From positions 147,835,424 through 147,899,423 of the forward strand of contig NC_068981.1 in the NCBI RefSeq assembly GCF_001194135.2: 64,000 nucleotides of DNA, in the 5' to 3' direction. This DNA comes from Octopus bimaculoides. Its lineage: Eukaryota. The notes under the pieces are model-generated. The model ran no database searches. It was not told the origin of the DNA and was given only the letters and a program-made list of their open reading frames with translations. Position 1 is the first letter of the stretch. The number at the start of each line of letters is the position of its first letter. Shown here piece after piece: positions 1 to 12,712 of the stretch. Position numbers and translations under genes: made by a program.

Positions 1-44
<44 letters not shown>

Positions 45-353
45 TCGGTGATTAGAGCATTGGGCTTGAAGTTGTGAATTTGATTCCTGGACCAGGTTAT
101 GTGTTATGTTCTCAAGCAAGTCACATGTTGCTCCAATTCAGTCAGCTGTAGAAATGAGTCGTGATGTCACTGGTGCCATGCTGTATCAACCTTTGCTTTT
201 CCCTTGGACAACATCAATAGTGTGGATAGGGGAGGCTGGTATGCATGGGCAACTACTGGTCTTACACAAACAACCTTGCCCAAACTTGTGCTTCGAAGCA
301 GAACTTTCTAGGCGCAATCCCATGGTCATTTGTGACTGAAGGAGGCTTTTACA

Positions 354-475
<122 letters not shown>

Positions 476-1064
476 ATACTCATACATTCATATCATCTCT
501 CTCTCTCTCTCACAAATGCACACACATTAATTTAAAACTGACACAATGATAATTCATCTTTAGTTGTATCTTCATTGCTCTATTTTATAACATACATTCT
601 TCATGTCAAAAACTGGTCTCCACCAGTTCTTGAAATGACATCATTTTTCAATAACACATATGATGACAACACCTTCTCCAGTTACATGCAAAGATATTGG
701 AATGGTTTTCTAGTTATCCTTGAGACTGTCTACATTGATTGATATATGTAAGCACTCTATCAAACACTTGTTATTCAATGATTTCTACTCTTCAACTTTC
801 AGAATTAATCATTCATACCTGTCACCATTCTATATATATTTTTTGCTAAAAAAATAATTTACTGGTTTCAGTTTTTGGATTGCAGCCATGCTGGAGACTC
901 TTCTAGGGTTTTTGTCACTTATATTGGCCTTAGTATTCTGTCTGGTACTTGCCAACCTTGTAAAATGGAATGGCAAAATCAACCTGGAAGCAAGCTACAT
1001 ACAAACACATATAGATATGTGCACACACATTTCACAGTTTTCTTGAAACATTTTGACTGACTAA

Positions 1065-1278
1065 GGTGGCAAGCTAGCAGAAACGTTAGCACACCGGGTG
1101 AAATGCTTAGCGGTATTTTGTCTGTCTTCATGTTTTGAGTTCAAATTCCACTGAGGTCAACTTTGCCTTTCATCCTTTCAGGGTCGATAAATTAAGTACC
1201 AGTTGTGTACTGGGGTTGATCTAATCAACTGGCCCCCTCCCCAAAAATTTCGGGCCTTGTGCCAAGAGTAGAAAAGAA
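1065..1278 (+). mobile_element. SINE family A (further copies at about 21370-21580, 21676-21736 plus 22548-22640, 27820-28030; inverted remnants at about 5040-5160, 11450-11620, 21240-21350)
   Basis: GGCAAGCTAGCAGAAACGTTAGC...GAGTTCAAATTCC...GGTCGATAAATTAAGTACCAG...GGCCTTGTGCC is repeated across the window. Confidence 0.85.
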
Positions 1279-1491
1279 CATTTTGACTGACTCAACATTA
1301 TAGTACCATATAGTAAGAGCGAACCCACAAATATGTGATTACAAAGTGAACTCGTTTACCACATGGCCATGCAAGCAGAACAAAATTCCTATGCTTCTAA
1401 GTAGCATCACTGTCTATTTTTGCTTCATGTATTTAACTGACATACTGTTCTAAAGATATAATAATTCATCTACTCATACGTATATTTATAT

Positions 1492-1745
1492 CTGTGGTTC
1501 TGAACCAGGGTTCATATGGCTCTTGGGGATCCAAATAAGATTTTGTTGTTAAAATTTATGTGCAATAGATCAGTTATACTTCTAAAATACACAAAATATT
1601 TTTTCTTTTATACTATTCTGAATAATATTTAATTATAAAAATACAGTAAGTTTTTTTTTATATATACAGTGAATGGCTATGGAGGTTTAGTAGAGTAAAA
1701 TCAGAATCAAAAGGAACCATAGGCAAAAATGGTTGAGAACTACTG
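1492..1745. mobile_element. hAT (Charlie-like) MITE
   Basis: Ends CTGTGGTTCTGAACC / GGTTGAGAACTACTG with perfect 8-bp TSD ATTTATAT. It is an inverted homologue of 28205-28457. Confidence 0.85.
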
Positions 1746-3694
1746 ATTTATATGAAGCTGTGGAGTGGCAGAGACAATTGTATGCCAGAATATATGTCTT
1801 TAAGTATTCATTTCCATTTTTTTACAATCCTGCTAAGACCAATTTTGTCTTTCAGCTTTATCAAGGCAATAAGGTAAATGATTATCCTGCACAAGGAATG
1901 ATTTGATTAACTTTATTTCATCCAGCTTCTAAATTTGTTTTTTGGGACTGATTTCATTACATATACCACAACATTATAAATATGTGTTTTTGTGAGAAAG
2001 ATCCCATTAAATATGTCCTTTCCATATAAATTGATGTACTTATGCTATTCAATATCTATACCAACCACCATCATATGATAGTAGATCACTCTCTCTTCAT
2101 TCACTCTCTCTTCATTCGCTCTCTCCTATATTACTCTCTTATTTCTATCACTGATTCTCTTTTATTACTCTCTATTCCATCACCCTCTTACTCTGGTTCT
2201 CTCCTATCACTGTCTTTTCTATTGCTTTTTTGGTAATATTTCTTCTATTCAATTTCCTTCACTTCCCCACCTCTTTCTCCTATTAATTTATTGACTATCA
2301 CCTTGTTGTTCCTATCAATCTGTTTCTGTTTTGCTCTCTCTCTCTCTGTCTGTTTCTCTACTCAACAAGTAGTGTGAGATATAGAAAAAAGAAATGAGAC
2401 AATGAGGAAGAAGGGACTCTCTTTAATCTTGCCAGGAATGAGACAATCTCTCTCACACTAGTGAATGACTGAATGGACAGATACAACATGAAGCAGAGAG
2501 GTCTCTTTGATATTTCTGGGGACAATAAAACCTGTCTAATGTTGGTGCAACTCTATAAAAGGATTAGTTTATAGGAAAGGTATGCAGCCATAGAAAACCA
2601 TACCAAAAATGTAACTTATGAGCACGATGTGGTTCTCAAGCCATCCAAGAGGACAGTAACTCTAAATAAAAATTCACTTTGACTATATAGATTAGTTCAG
2701 CCTGTGCCACCCTGGAAAAGAGAATGTAAAATGATTATGATGATAATGAGAAGGATAATGTAAAACATCATTGGCTAAAGACATTGTATCTAATCACTGA
2801 CCATACACAGAACATACTGATGTTTTGTAGCAGTGACAGCAACACCACCACCACCAACCCCACCACTGCCAACCCTACTGCTAAATGAAACTAAAAAAGT
2901 TATTGGCAGCTTGGCCAAAGTGGGTAGTGCCCAAGTTCAATACTTTGTGTCATATCAACCCCACAGCCTCTTTCCCCATAGCCATCAGACAACTTGTCCT
3001 TCTTGGCTAAGGGAAGATGGCAGGGAGATATTCATGATTAATTTCGCCAATAGTTGGATTCGTGGATTCATCCTACTTATGGAAACAGTTCTTTGACAAA
3101 ATTCAACAAATCAGCAATACTCAGACACTGAACTAATGCATGCAGAATGCTTTTGTTGCTCTATGTACACCTCGGACAGGTATATGCAGAGCAACATTCC
3201 TGTCACTACTCACAGTAGCACTGCTAGGTCAAAGATTTCTGAAAATTATCCATATTTGTCAGGCTGAAAATTCTCTTGAACAGACCAACCATAGCTACAA
3301 TCAAATAAATAACAACAGCAACACCCATAATAACTGGCTTTATCCCTAATACTAAAGTGGACAGTAGCGTACTCGAAACAGTAAATCAATAAACTTTAAT
3401 TAATTAACATTACATCCTCAGTGACAAGAACAATCATTACCTAAATAACTAGTTGCAGCAATGTGAAGGCATGTAACCAAGTTGTTAGAGTGTATTTCAC
3501 TTGCAATCGTCAGATTGAGAGTTCAACTCATGGACTGGGTATCATGCTTGAGCAAGGCACTTCATTTCACATTGTTCCAGTCTGCTTGGTTGTCAATGAG
3601 TATCAGCTAGGTATTGGTGCAGCCCTCTTCCCCCCTTCAGCTGTCACATCCCAGATCTTCTGATGGACCAAGGCTGAAAGAATTGAGAAGGTGT

Positions 3695-4110
3695 CTATGA
3701 ATTCCAATATTTCAAATACAGGTTTGTCCCCGTTAACAGGGATGGCCGGATCTACCTCACTCTTACAGCAACTGCTCTCACACCATCTTGCCCGGTTTTG
3801 GGCATCTTCCCTCCTCAAGCCAACCCTCCCAATCTCCTTCCTCCTCCACCTGTCCCCTCCACATTTTCTTTGATCAACCTCACTTTCATGGTTCATTCAC
3901 TTTAAACCCAAGCACTCTCCTCAAAACATGATCCTCATCCCTCCTCAACATGTCCATACCACTGTCCTCCATTCCCTCTTGCCAGCTGTTTCACCAATTC
4001 CTCCAACCCCAGCATCCCCATCAAGTCCTCAGCCTTCCTTCCTTTTATCCAATAGTTTTTTACACCACACATTACTCTCACCATTGCTCTCTCAGTCCTT
4101 CTCAATGTCT
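3695..4110 (-). mobile_element. RTE-clade LINE 3' fragment (degenerate ORF2 C-terminus)
   Basis: Minus strand gives LRRTERAMVRVMCGVK...LMGMLGLEELVKQLARGNG.QWYGHV with frameshifts. The 3' end is shared with 33431-33585. Confidence 0.8.
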
Positions 4111-4798
4111 GTTGGTAATTATTGAAACCATAGTACATGTTTCCAAGCTATACTCACTTGTGATGATGGCTGACTGTACTTTTTTTTTACTTCAGCAAAA
4201 AAAAAAAAATCAAATGTGAGAGACACAACACAAAAATTTTAATTAAATATGAAATGCAGTGCAGAGTGAATCTGAAATGTAGTACTACAGTGACATTTCA
4301 ATGTTTCAGTGTTATTAGAATTCATTAGTGAAGCTTAGGTTAATTGTAATACTTTTGCATGAATTAGCTATTTAAATTACGATCTGTTCTCATCTCACCA
4401 CTAATGAATTAATTAAAATATTTTGGCTTACTAGCTCAAGTATCCCAACTCACCTTTTACTACTAACTTTTGCCTACAGCTGGTTTCCATGGATATTGTC
4501 TCTCTCTACCTAGTCATTACTTTATTGATAACAAAAAAAGAAAGGAAAAACAATTAAAAACTTTTTTTAAATATTTTTCCTTTGAAATAAAAAAAAAATA
4601 CAAGTATTTTTAATACAGGTAGAAAACCACAGATTTTGTTGAGGCATGGCTGTGTGGTAACAAGTTTGCTTCCCAACCACATGGTTTCAGGTTCAGTCCT
4701 ACAGTGTAGCACTTTGGGCAAGTGTCTTCTACTGTAGACCTAGGTGAACCAAAACCTTGTGAGTAGACTTGGTAGATGGAAATTGAAAGAAACCTGTC

Positions 4799-4829
<31 letters not shown>

Positions 4830-6147
4830 ACATATCTAGCCATAGGGAAATATTACCTCACTTGGTAACAGCTGAGGATTAGCGACAGGATGAGCATCCA
4901 GCTACAGGAAATCTGCTGCAACAAATTCTCACATGGACCCACGTAAGCATGGAAAAGCAGATGTTAAAACAATTATGATGATGATGATGATGATGAAATA
5001 GATCATCAAGATTTTTGTTTCATGTTTATTTGTTTATTTTACCAATTCCCGAAGGATAAAAAAAACAAATATGATTTTAGAAGATTTGAACCCAGAACAT
5101 AAAGCACCACCACTAAATACTGCAAGGCAGTTTTAATTCTGTGCTCTAGGCAATTCTGTCATCCAAAATTTAATAAAAACACTAAAACATTTTATACATC
5201 AATATCTTAATCATCATGTTCCTGCAAGATAAAGAATAATTTTAAAACAGCAAGATTACTGTTACAGATTGAAAGTAAACATGTTATATTAAACATAGAA
5301 ATACACTGTAAATAGTTCATACTGTTATAGGAATATTTAGAGTTTTGAAATTTCTATATATTTAAATAGCTATCTCAGTACATACATTTCTTTTCTTTTT
5401 AAATTTAATTTACAAATAAATATGCAAAGATATGAATATTAAACACTTTTTCTCCATTTTTTTTCAAACCAGATTTCTTTTTCTTCTTTTATTGTTTGTA
5501 CTTTAAATAAAATGTCACTTGTCGAAAATGTCTGTATGAAAAGTGAATATCTTCAATGGAGAAAAGTGATTTTTTGACAGTTATTCAAAAAAGATAGCAT
5601 TTTCAATGAAAATCTGTGATTCATCAATGCGAAATAACTTGATATATCATGTCTGTTTCACACATTAGTGTCATTATTGCTTTCAGAGAACAGAAATACA
5701 GGAATACTAGAGTGTAGTGGTTTCATTCTATATTTTTGAAATCTCAATTTAAGTACTTGTTATTTTTTTATGTACATTTTAATAACACAGAATAACATGT
5801 CTGACTTTATCTACTTAACAAAGAAAATAAATAAATAAAACAGTAAAAGGAAAGAATCAAATAAAAGCGTAAATATTGCAAAAATTACAAATCATGAAGT
5901 TGCACAGAATTAATTTGACCATTGTTCTTCTTGTTTTTAACATTTGGTATTTCTTTTTTTAGTTTGATAATACTTCCATATTGAATAAAATCATTCATTT
6001 TACAAAAAAAAAAAAAAAAAACCTTTCCACATGAACTACAAAAAGGTCAAAGGCCAGTAGTGCATCACATAAAGATAGGCATTCAGTACATTGTCTACAG
6101 AGTGGTTGGTAATCCATAACCTCTACATACAGCAACCAGCGGTACAC

Positions 6148-6554
6148 AAACTCCACACAGAAGTCTGAAGTACAAGATCTACACACAAGGGTCTGTAGCA
6201 CATGAGCCACTCAGAAGTTGACATCATGATCCACATGCAATCATCTGTAGTATGTGACCCCCATAAATGGCCTATATTATATGACCCATACAATGACGTC
6301 TCTTATGCATATCTACATAAAGGGATTTTATAATGCATAACCTACACAGTAGTCTATAATACATGACCCCCATAGTGGTCTGTCATACATGACCCACACA
6401 ACAGTCATTCATGCATGACCCGTACAGTAGTCAGTTGTACATGACCCATACAGTATTCTGTTATATAAAAGTCACACAGTTGTCTGTCATATAAGACCCA
6501 TACAGTAATCTGTCATACATGACTCACACTGTGGTTGTTACACATGACCCTACC
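6148..6554. repeat. Degenerate 25-27-bp minisatellite (consensus about ATGACCCATACAGTAGTCTGTCATAC)
   Basis: ATGACCC-like starts at 6363, 6388, 6414, 6441, 6467, 6493, 6519 and 6544, with decaying units upstream. Confidence 0.85.
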
Positions 6555-7489
6555 TTCCCAGTAGTCTGCAGTATAAGAGTGAAAGAAAGTATGTTTGTCA
6601 TTTAATGGATGTTGCTGTCATATGTGTGCCACTGAAGTATATTTTTGTTCCCATAGGTTCTGGTATTAATTCCTGACTGGAATAGTTTTAGCTAAACTAC
6701 AGGTATATTTGGAAAAGGCATGAAAGCCCAAATACAAATCATTTTCCAAGTCAATAAGGAGGTTTCTATACAACTGCTTGACCTGCTAGAAATAGCTGCC
6801 AAATCTCCCTAAAATCATAGTCTACTGTCCTGTAAAGGAAGGACACATTTGAGCTATATAGTCTTAGATCGGGGCTGATCTGTGATCACATTAAAACAAA
6901 GTGATTCTACACATTTGGAAAATTAGCCAAGTAAATATTACAGGCAACTTCAAACAACAGGCCTGTGACAACCTTTTGAAGTACTTTTTCAAATTGCTTT
7001 TATAAAATCCAACTACCACCACTACCATCGTTATAATTGTCATCATCATCGATATAATGTCCAGTTCTCCAGGTTGGGACCACTTAGCTCAGTCTCTAAA
7101 GCAACATTTCACTAATTCTCACAATAATATATAATCTTATTTGTAAGGACTAATATCTTCTGTTCTAACCCTATGCAGTTCAGGTTTTTCTTTCTCTTCC
7201 TCTGTCATATATAGCTTTAACTATCAGTATAATGAGCCAATAAAGAAACCTCTACAAAGTCTCATGAACTGCAAGAAATAGTAGCCGAATCTCTCTTAAA
7301 TCATATCTTAACCATCTTATAAAAAAGCAGTATATATATTGGACAATATAATACAAGCTATACAAAAAGATAGGATGGTTATGACTGGAATGTCTTAGGT
7401 TATAGATTAGCTCATTGAGAATTGACCTGGTTCTAGGCAACAACAGTATATGGTACTTTTCACCTTGCAAGTATCATCAATTTATGTAA

Positions 7490-7680
7490 CACCTTTATAA
7501 CAATGCAGCTTCATCTCCTATATTAACATTGATGTGTTTATTGTCCCAGCTGCTCTTTCATACCTGGTGTTCTGCCATTCATACAAGTTAATGCTGTACA
7601 TCTAACAGATCAAAGCTAGCACATTTCTCTCCAGTATCTACAGATCTTTAGCATTTAACACCCATGTCTTACTAACATTA
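7490..7680 (-). mobile_element. Old RTE LINE fragment
   Basis: Minus strand VSKTWVLNAKDL*ILERN...MYSINL resembles the RTE SETW.L...D...LER..M.RWMC motif. Confidence 0.5.
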
Positions 7681-7760
7681 ACCATTATTATATTACACAT
7701 CCTTCATAAAGTTTGCCTTTTGCTCAGGGGTAGAAACCCTTTCTTTTTTGTATTTGGTTT

Positions 7761-7880
7761 GCAAGATTCTTCATGTGAACTCGTGTGTTGAAACATATTT
7801 TGTTGTATCTTGGGAGGGTCATTATGTCAATAATAAACACACACGCTGGTTCTGTTTTACTTCTTTTTAGTTTTATTATT
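7761..7880 (-). mobile_element. Diverged fragment related to Penelope-derived family 2
   Basis: GCAAGATTCTTCATGTGAACTCGTGTGTTGAAAC...GGGAGGGTCATTATGTCAAT..AAACAC aligns by eye with 10403-10490. No hammerhead core. Confidence 0.5.
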
Positions 7881-8168
7881 CAATTGGTTAACCAATTGAT
7901 TAAATAATCAATTGTTCGATTAAATGTTTGGTCAATTAATCAGCCAGGGTTGTCAAAATCCTTTCATCACTATTCATGTCCTCATCAATGTCATGCTCTC
8001 TCTATTCCAGGTTTACTTCAGATTTGTCTGTCTGTCTCATGGGTTGATTGACTTAATTAATCAAACAATCAATCAGTCAATTAGTTAAATAGTTAACCAA
8101 CTGATAAATAAAGAAGTGAAATAGAACTAGTTTGTATGTTTATTATCAGCAATAATGGCCCTCCAGAG

Positions 8169-8580
8169 CAGGGCTGGATTAAGACCTACAGAGACCCTAA
8201 GCACTTTCAAAAATTTGGTGCCCTGGAATATATGTAATTCAAAATATAAACAATAAATAACCATAAAATAAATTTTTATTTTTCAAAATGAAACTAACAG
8301 TAAGATGGAAAATAATGTTTATTTTTGTATACTTCCACTTTATATTTGAAAATTTTCTCCTACTTATTTCAATTACAAAATCTTTAATCAAATCCTCACT
8401 ATGACACCATAAACACTTTGGAATCATATTTTCAATCATATAAACCACTTCGAATATTATTTCAGCAAGTTTAAAGTGATTTCTTTTGTATCACAAACCA
8501 TTTATCATTTCTGTGGTGCTTCCCCTTCTCTTAATGCCCTAAGTACATGCTTATTTTGCTTAACCTTTAATCCAGTGCTG
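8169..8580. mobile_element. hAT-type MITE
   Basis: TIR CAGGGCTGGATTA / TAATCCAGTGCTG. TSD CTCCAGAG/CTCCTGAG (7 of 8). Confidence 0.8.
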
Positions 8581-9186
8581 CTCCTGAGATACCACAAAAT
8601 AGAAACCCTTTTTTGCAACTGTATAGGCCTAAGGCAGTAGCTCTATGATAAAAAGTACTTTCAACTGTAACAATACCATCTCTTTTCTTTTTTTTATAGT
8701 GTCAAGGATTATAGGATCTAATGTAGCCTTCCTTTATTAAGGCAGTAAGGTCAGAAATACTGAGTTTCCAATTCTAGTAGATTGAGTGATTACATAAAGA
8801 ACCTGTTGTTAACTTCATTTAAGTAACACATTATTACCAACAGAATTAGCAACTTCCTAAACACTTTCTGTCTTTCTCTTGTGCTACCTTCTAGACTTTC
8901 ACTAGAATCACTATCAGTGACCACAACAAAACCTTAAAGCACTAGTAACCAGTCTTCTTGTCTTACAAATCTTGAAAAATTAGGCTTCAGTGCACTGGTG
9001 AAGTCCAACTTGTTTTTACTTGTTTTGCTGCAGCCAGCAGTATTGTGTTGGAATGGAGGGAAAAGCCATATTGAGAGTTTCCTGATGACCACACAACTAA
9101 ACACAGCTCGGTGGAGTGTGCAAAGTAGTCAGATATGAATATACTCCCACTTTCTGTCTCTCTTTCACATGTGTGGGTGTATGTGT

Positions 9187-9218
<32 letters not shown>

Positions 9219-9674
9219 TCAAAATATGAGACTTGTTACTTTCTGTCAGTATTGTGCTAAGTAGGTTTCTACTTAACTCAACAACTACAACAACCTTTAT
9301 TGCACTGAAAGTTAAAAGGAACAAAAGAATCTAGTTATCTGAATAATCTAACTCATTATACATTATACTACTTACAAGGCATAAATGTGAACAATTTTAT
9401 AGTCTACAGTTCTGAGTTGCATAAGTAGAGTGTAAGAATATACTTCATAGTCAAAGTCATAATTTCTACTGTTAACCTTTTAATATTCACAATTCTTGTG
9501 TTTTGGGTTGATGTAAAAATATGGAGATGATAAAACTAAGAAAGATGAGATTTCTTATGTATTTTTGAGGTGGTTCTCCAGATTCTAAATATTTTAGTGT
9601 GCCAGAAGGTTAGAGTAAGACAAGGTTAAGCAATTAATACTATCTTTATGCTAGCAGTATTTGAGTGGTTTGTA

Positions 9675-9891
9675 CGAAGGGGGTGCTAAAAAGTTCCTGG
9701 CTTTGAGTAAAAGAAAATACAGGAAGATCAGTTAATTATGATTTTGTTCACCATATTCCCCCTCTCAGATTCACACACTTACTGCAGCGGTCCCTCAGTT
9801 TTTTAAGTTCTGTAAAAGAACTTAGAAGGTTGGGCCTCCAACTAGGCCTTTCATGATACCCTTAAAGCCAGGAACTTTTCAGCACCCCTTG
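9675..9891. mobile_element. mariner-type MITE
   Basis: About 30-bp TIRs CGAAGGGGGTGCTAAAAGTTCCTGGCTTT / AAAGCCAGGAACTTTTCAGCACCCCTTG, flanked by TA on both sides. Confidence 0.85.
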
Positions 9892-10344
9892 TACTGTAAT
9901 GGGTTAAATAAAGCTGATCATTTTAATCTTTCTTGTTGTTTAATTCTAAGTTGGCCTTGATCAAGTAGACTAGACCTATGATCAGAGCATTCCAAGTATG
10001 ACCACTCACATTTTTCAAGGTGTCCTTTCGTTTTTAGGACATTAGGGTGTAATTTGAGGGATATTTAACTGGTATTTTAAGCAGGTCGAGTGATGAGTTG
10101 TTTCTGATGGGAAAACAGAACAGAACTTGGCTACCATGGCTCAGTACTACGATTGCTACTAATGTACATTTTAAAGAAAAATCAACACTAATGTCTTTTC
10201 CTTGAAATCTTATTTTGGCTACATATAAAATAGAATAAACTCTTGCTTTTATAAGATACAGAAATAGTTTATTCTCAAACGCATGATAATGCTAATACAA
10301 TAGCATGAACAGGATAAACTATCCATATACTGCAGAAAAAATCA

Positions 10345-10646
10345 TTACCGGCCAGCCATGAGACTCAAACTCACATCTCTGTGATTACATGTCAAGTGCT
10401 TTGCAAGATTCCAAATGTGAAATAATGTGTTGAAACTGATATTCTTATAATTGGGGATGGTCATATTTTACCAATTAAACACATACACTATAGTTTTGGT
10501 CTATACCTCAGCTTTATTATTATTACTATTGTGTTTCTTTGTCAAAGCTCTTTCATCACACATTCTGTGACCTCTTCAGTAACTTTTTATTCCATGTGTC
10601 TCCCACAAGATGAGACACATGGAATACAGAGTTGCTGAAGAGTCAT
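10345..10646 (-). mobile_element. Penelope-derived non-autonomous element, family 2 (hammerhead, (AAT)n, body, tRNA-like segment) ending in a fold-back hairpin
   Basis: Body shared with 50707-50772 plus 51009-51054 (GGGATGGTCATATTTTRCCAATTAAACAC...GTCRAAGYTCTTT..TCACACATT) and 7761-7880. Minus-strand tRNA-like GTGAGTTTGAGTCTC near 10353-10367. Inverted duplication at 10567-10646. Confidence 0.6.
10541..10583 (-). ncRNA. Second minimal hammerhead ribozyme-like motif (different family)
   Basis: Minus strand reads GUUA-CUGAAGA-G-GUCAC(AGAAUGU)GUGAU-GAAA-GAGCU-U-UGAC. Both core boxes are present, stem II is 5 bp, stem I is GUUA/UGAC (4 bp), and stem III is A-U, G-C around a 2-nt AG. Confidence 0.6.
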
Positions 10647-12110
10647 TGTGTTTGACTCTTCATATCTCAATGTGTTTGACTCTTCATGTCCCAGACTCAC
10701 TACTTATTCCAGTCCTTCCTCCTCTAAGTGTCAAACTTCTAGATTTCCTTTCATATGCATGTTTCCTGAAAATATGGATTGTTCTATTGTTGTCACAGCA
10801 GCGATCATGGATAGTGTCCTTTTCTCTTGGTTAAGTCATCATGCACCAATTATGACATGATAAAGCATGATAAAACATTGCATATTTCAGTACTGAGTTT
10901 GGCCCTCAACTAGGCAAATTCACAGTACATTTTAAGCATTTGAGTTTTATGTCCTTTGACTGACTTCCTATGTGCAATAGGTATAGATTCACTTGACCAG
11001 GGACAAAATAACAATAACAATCTTATCTTTTACTTGTTTCAGTCACTGGATTGTGGACATGCTGGGGCACTATTGTATCAAACTCTTTTGCCAAACCACT
11101 AAGTTACAGGGATATAAACAAACCAACACTGATTGTCAAGCACTGAGAAGAACAAAACACATACACATATGACAGGCTTCCACACAGTTTCCATCAACCA
11201 AATTAAATCACAAGACATTGGTCAGCCTAGGGGCATAGTTGAAGACACATGCCCAAGATACTGTGCAGTGGGATTGAACCTGAAACCATGTGGTTGCAAT
11301 GCAAGCTTCTTAACCACATACCAATGCCTGCACCAATGGCAACAACAATAAAAATTTATTGGCTCCAATAATCAACAAGTTAGTTATATTCCATTTTTTT
11401 CATTTTGAAATTCTATTTATTGCTTTAAATAGTCACTTCTAACATTAGCAAACATCCATAAATTTGGAGCTGAGTGCCGAGTCAATTAACCTGGCACCAA
11501 ACCTTACTGGCACTTATCTCTCAACCCCAGAAGTAAGCAGAAAAAAATGTCAATGTTGACAGGGTTTGAATTCAGAAGAGAAAAAAATATCATTGAATTG
11601 TGCCAGGTATTTAATCCTTCACTCTGCCACTCATTGACCCTTACACTTTATTTAAAAAATTAAAATTTGTGATGCAGTTGGAGAAATTGTCTTCATGAAG
11701 CATGAAGTCAAAATGAGAACAAAAAATTTTGATATCAAATAATTTTATCTATTCAGCAAATAATATTCTATTTCCTCTGTCATGCCTTCTATCTTCTTCA
11801 TCTCTTAGTCTCTCTTTTTCTTCCTCTTTGTTTTGTCAGTGGAAATTTTCGTATTTTATTCTGATAGTCTGCTGTCCGTCTGCCAGGTTTGAAATAAAAT
11901 TTAATCTTTTGAAAAACATTCCATCAAAATTTTAAAACAATGACAAATAGATTATATGTGAGTGTGTATGCATATATACACTTGTGTGCTGTGCATATAC
12001 ACAAATGTATGTGTGTATATATATGTATGTATATATATGTATATATAGTTGGAATTTACAAAAAAACAAAACAAAAGACGAAGATGGGTGTGTAAATATG
12101 TGTATATATA

Positions 12111-12143
<33 letters not shown>

Positions 12144-12409
12144 CCACATATATATATACACACACACATATATATATATACTTATATATACATATGTGTG
12201 TTTGTGTGTGTGTGCATGTACCTGTGTGCCTATGTATATGTATACAGAAGAACATAGACGTGTCAATATATATATACATACATATATATACACATACACC
12301 ACATATTATCATCCTTGTCATTGTTGTACATCTATCTTCCATGCTGGCATGGCTTGGATAGGTTGTCCTGAACTGAGTTCTTATTCAGAATTACTTCCCA
12401 ATTAGATGC

Positions 12410-12657
12410 CTTCTACATGTCAACTTCTTTGGCTCTTGTGCGGGTGGCACATAAAAGACACCATTTCGAGCGTGGCCGTTTTCGTGCGGGTGACACGTAA
12501 AAGCACCCACTACACTCTCTGAGTGGTTGGCGTTAGGAAGGGCATCCAGCTGTAGAAACTCTGTCAAATTAGATTGGAGCCTGGTGTTGCCATCCGGTTT
12601 CACCAGTCCTCAATCAAATCGTCCAACCCATGCTAGCATGGAAAGCGGACGTTAAAC

Positions 12658-12710
<53 letters not shown>
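12410..12710 (+). mobile_element. SINE/LINE-tail family C with (GAT)n tail (other copies at about 16500-16680, 24440-24720, 30045-30200, 31420-31690, 33145-33295, 37500-37690, 41310-41950, 50770-51000, 51160-51335, 54620-55190, 55880-55975, 63560-64000)
   Basis: Conserved 3' end GGAAGGGCATCCAGCTGTAGAAAC...CCAACCCATGCTAGCATGGAAAGCGGACGTTAAAC(GAT)n with variable 5' truncation. Confidence 0.9.

Positions 12711-12712
<2 letters not shown>

Noticed and set aside
6148-6554. CRISPR-like appearance of the 26-bp, 19-bp and 62.7-kb arrays
   Set aside because: Units are contiguous without unique spacers, there are no cas genes, and the context is eukaryotic.
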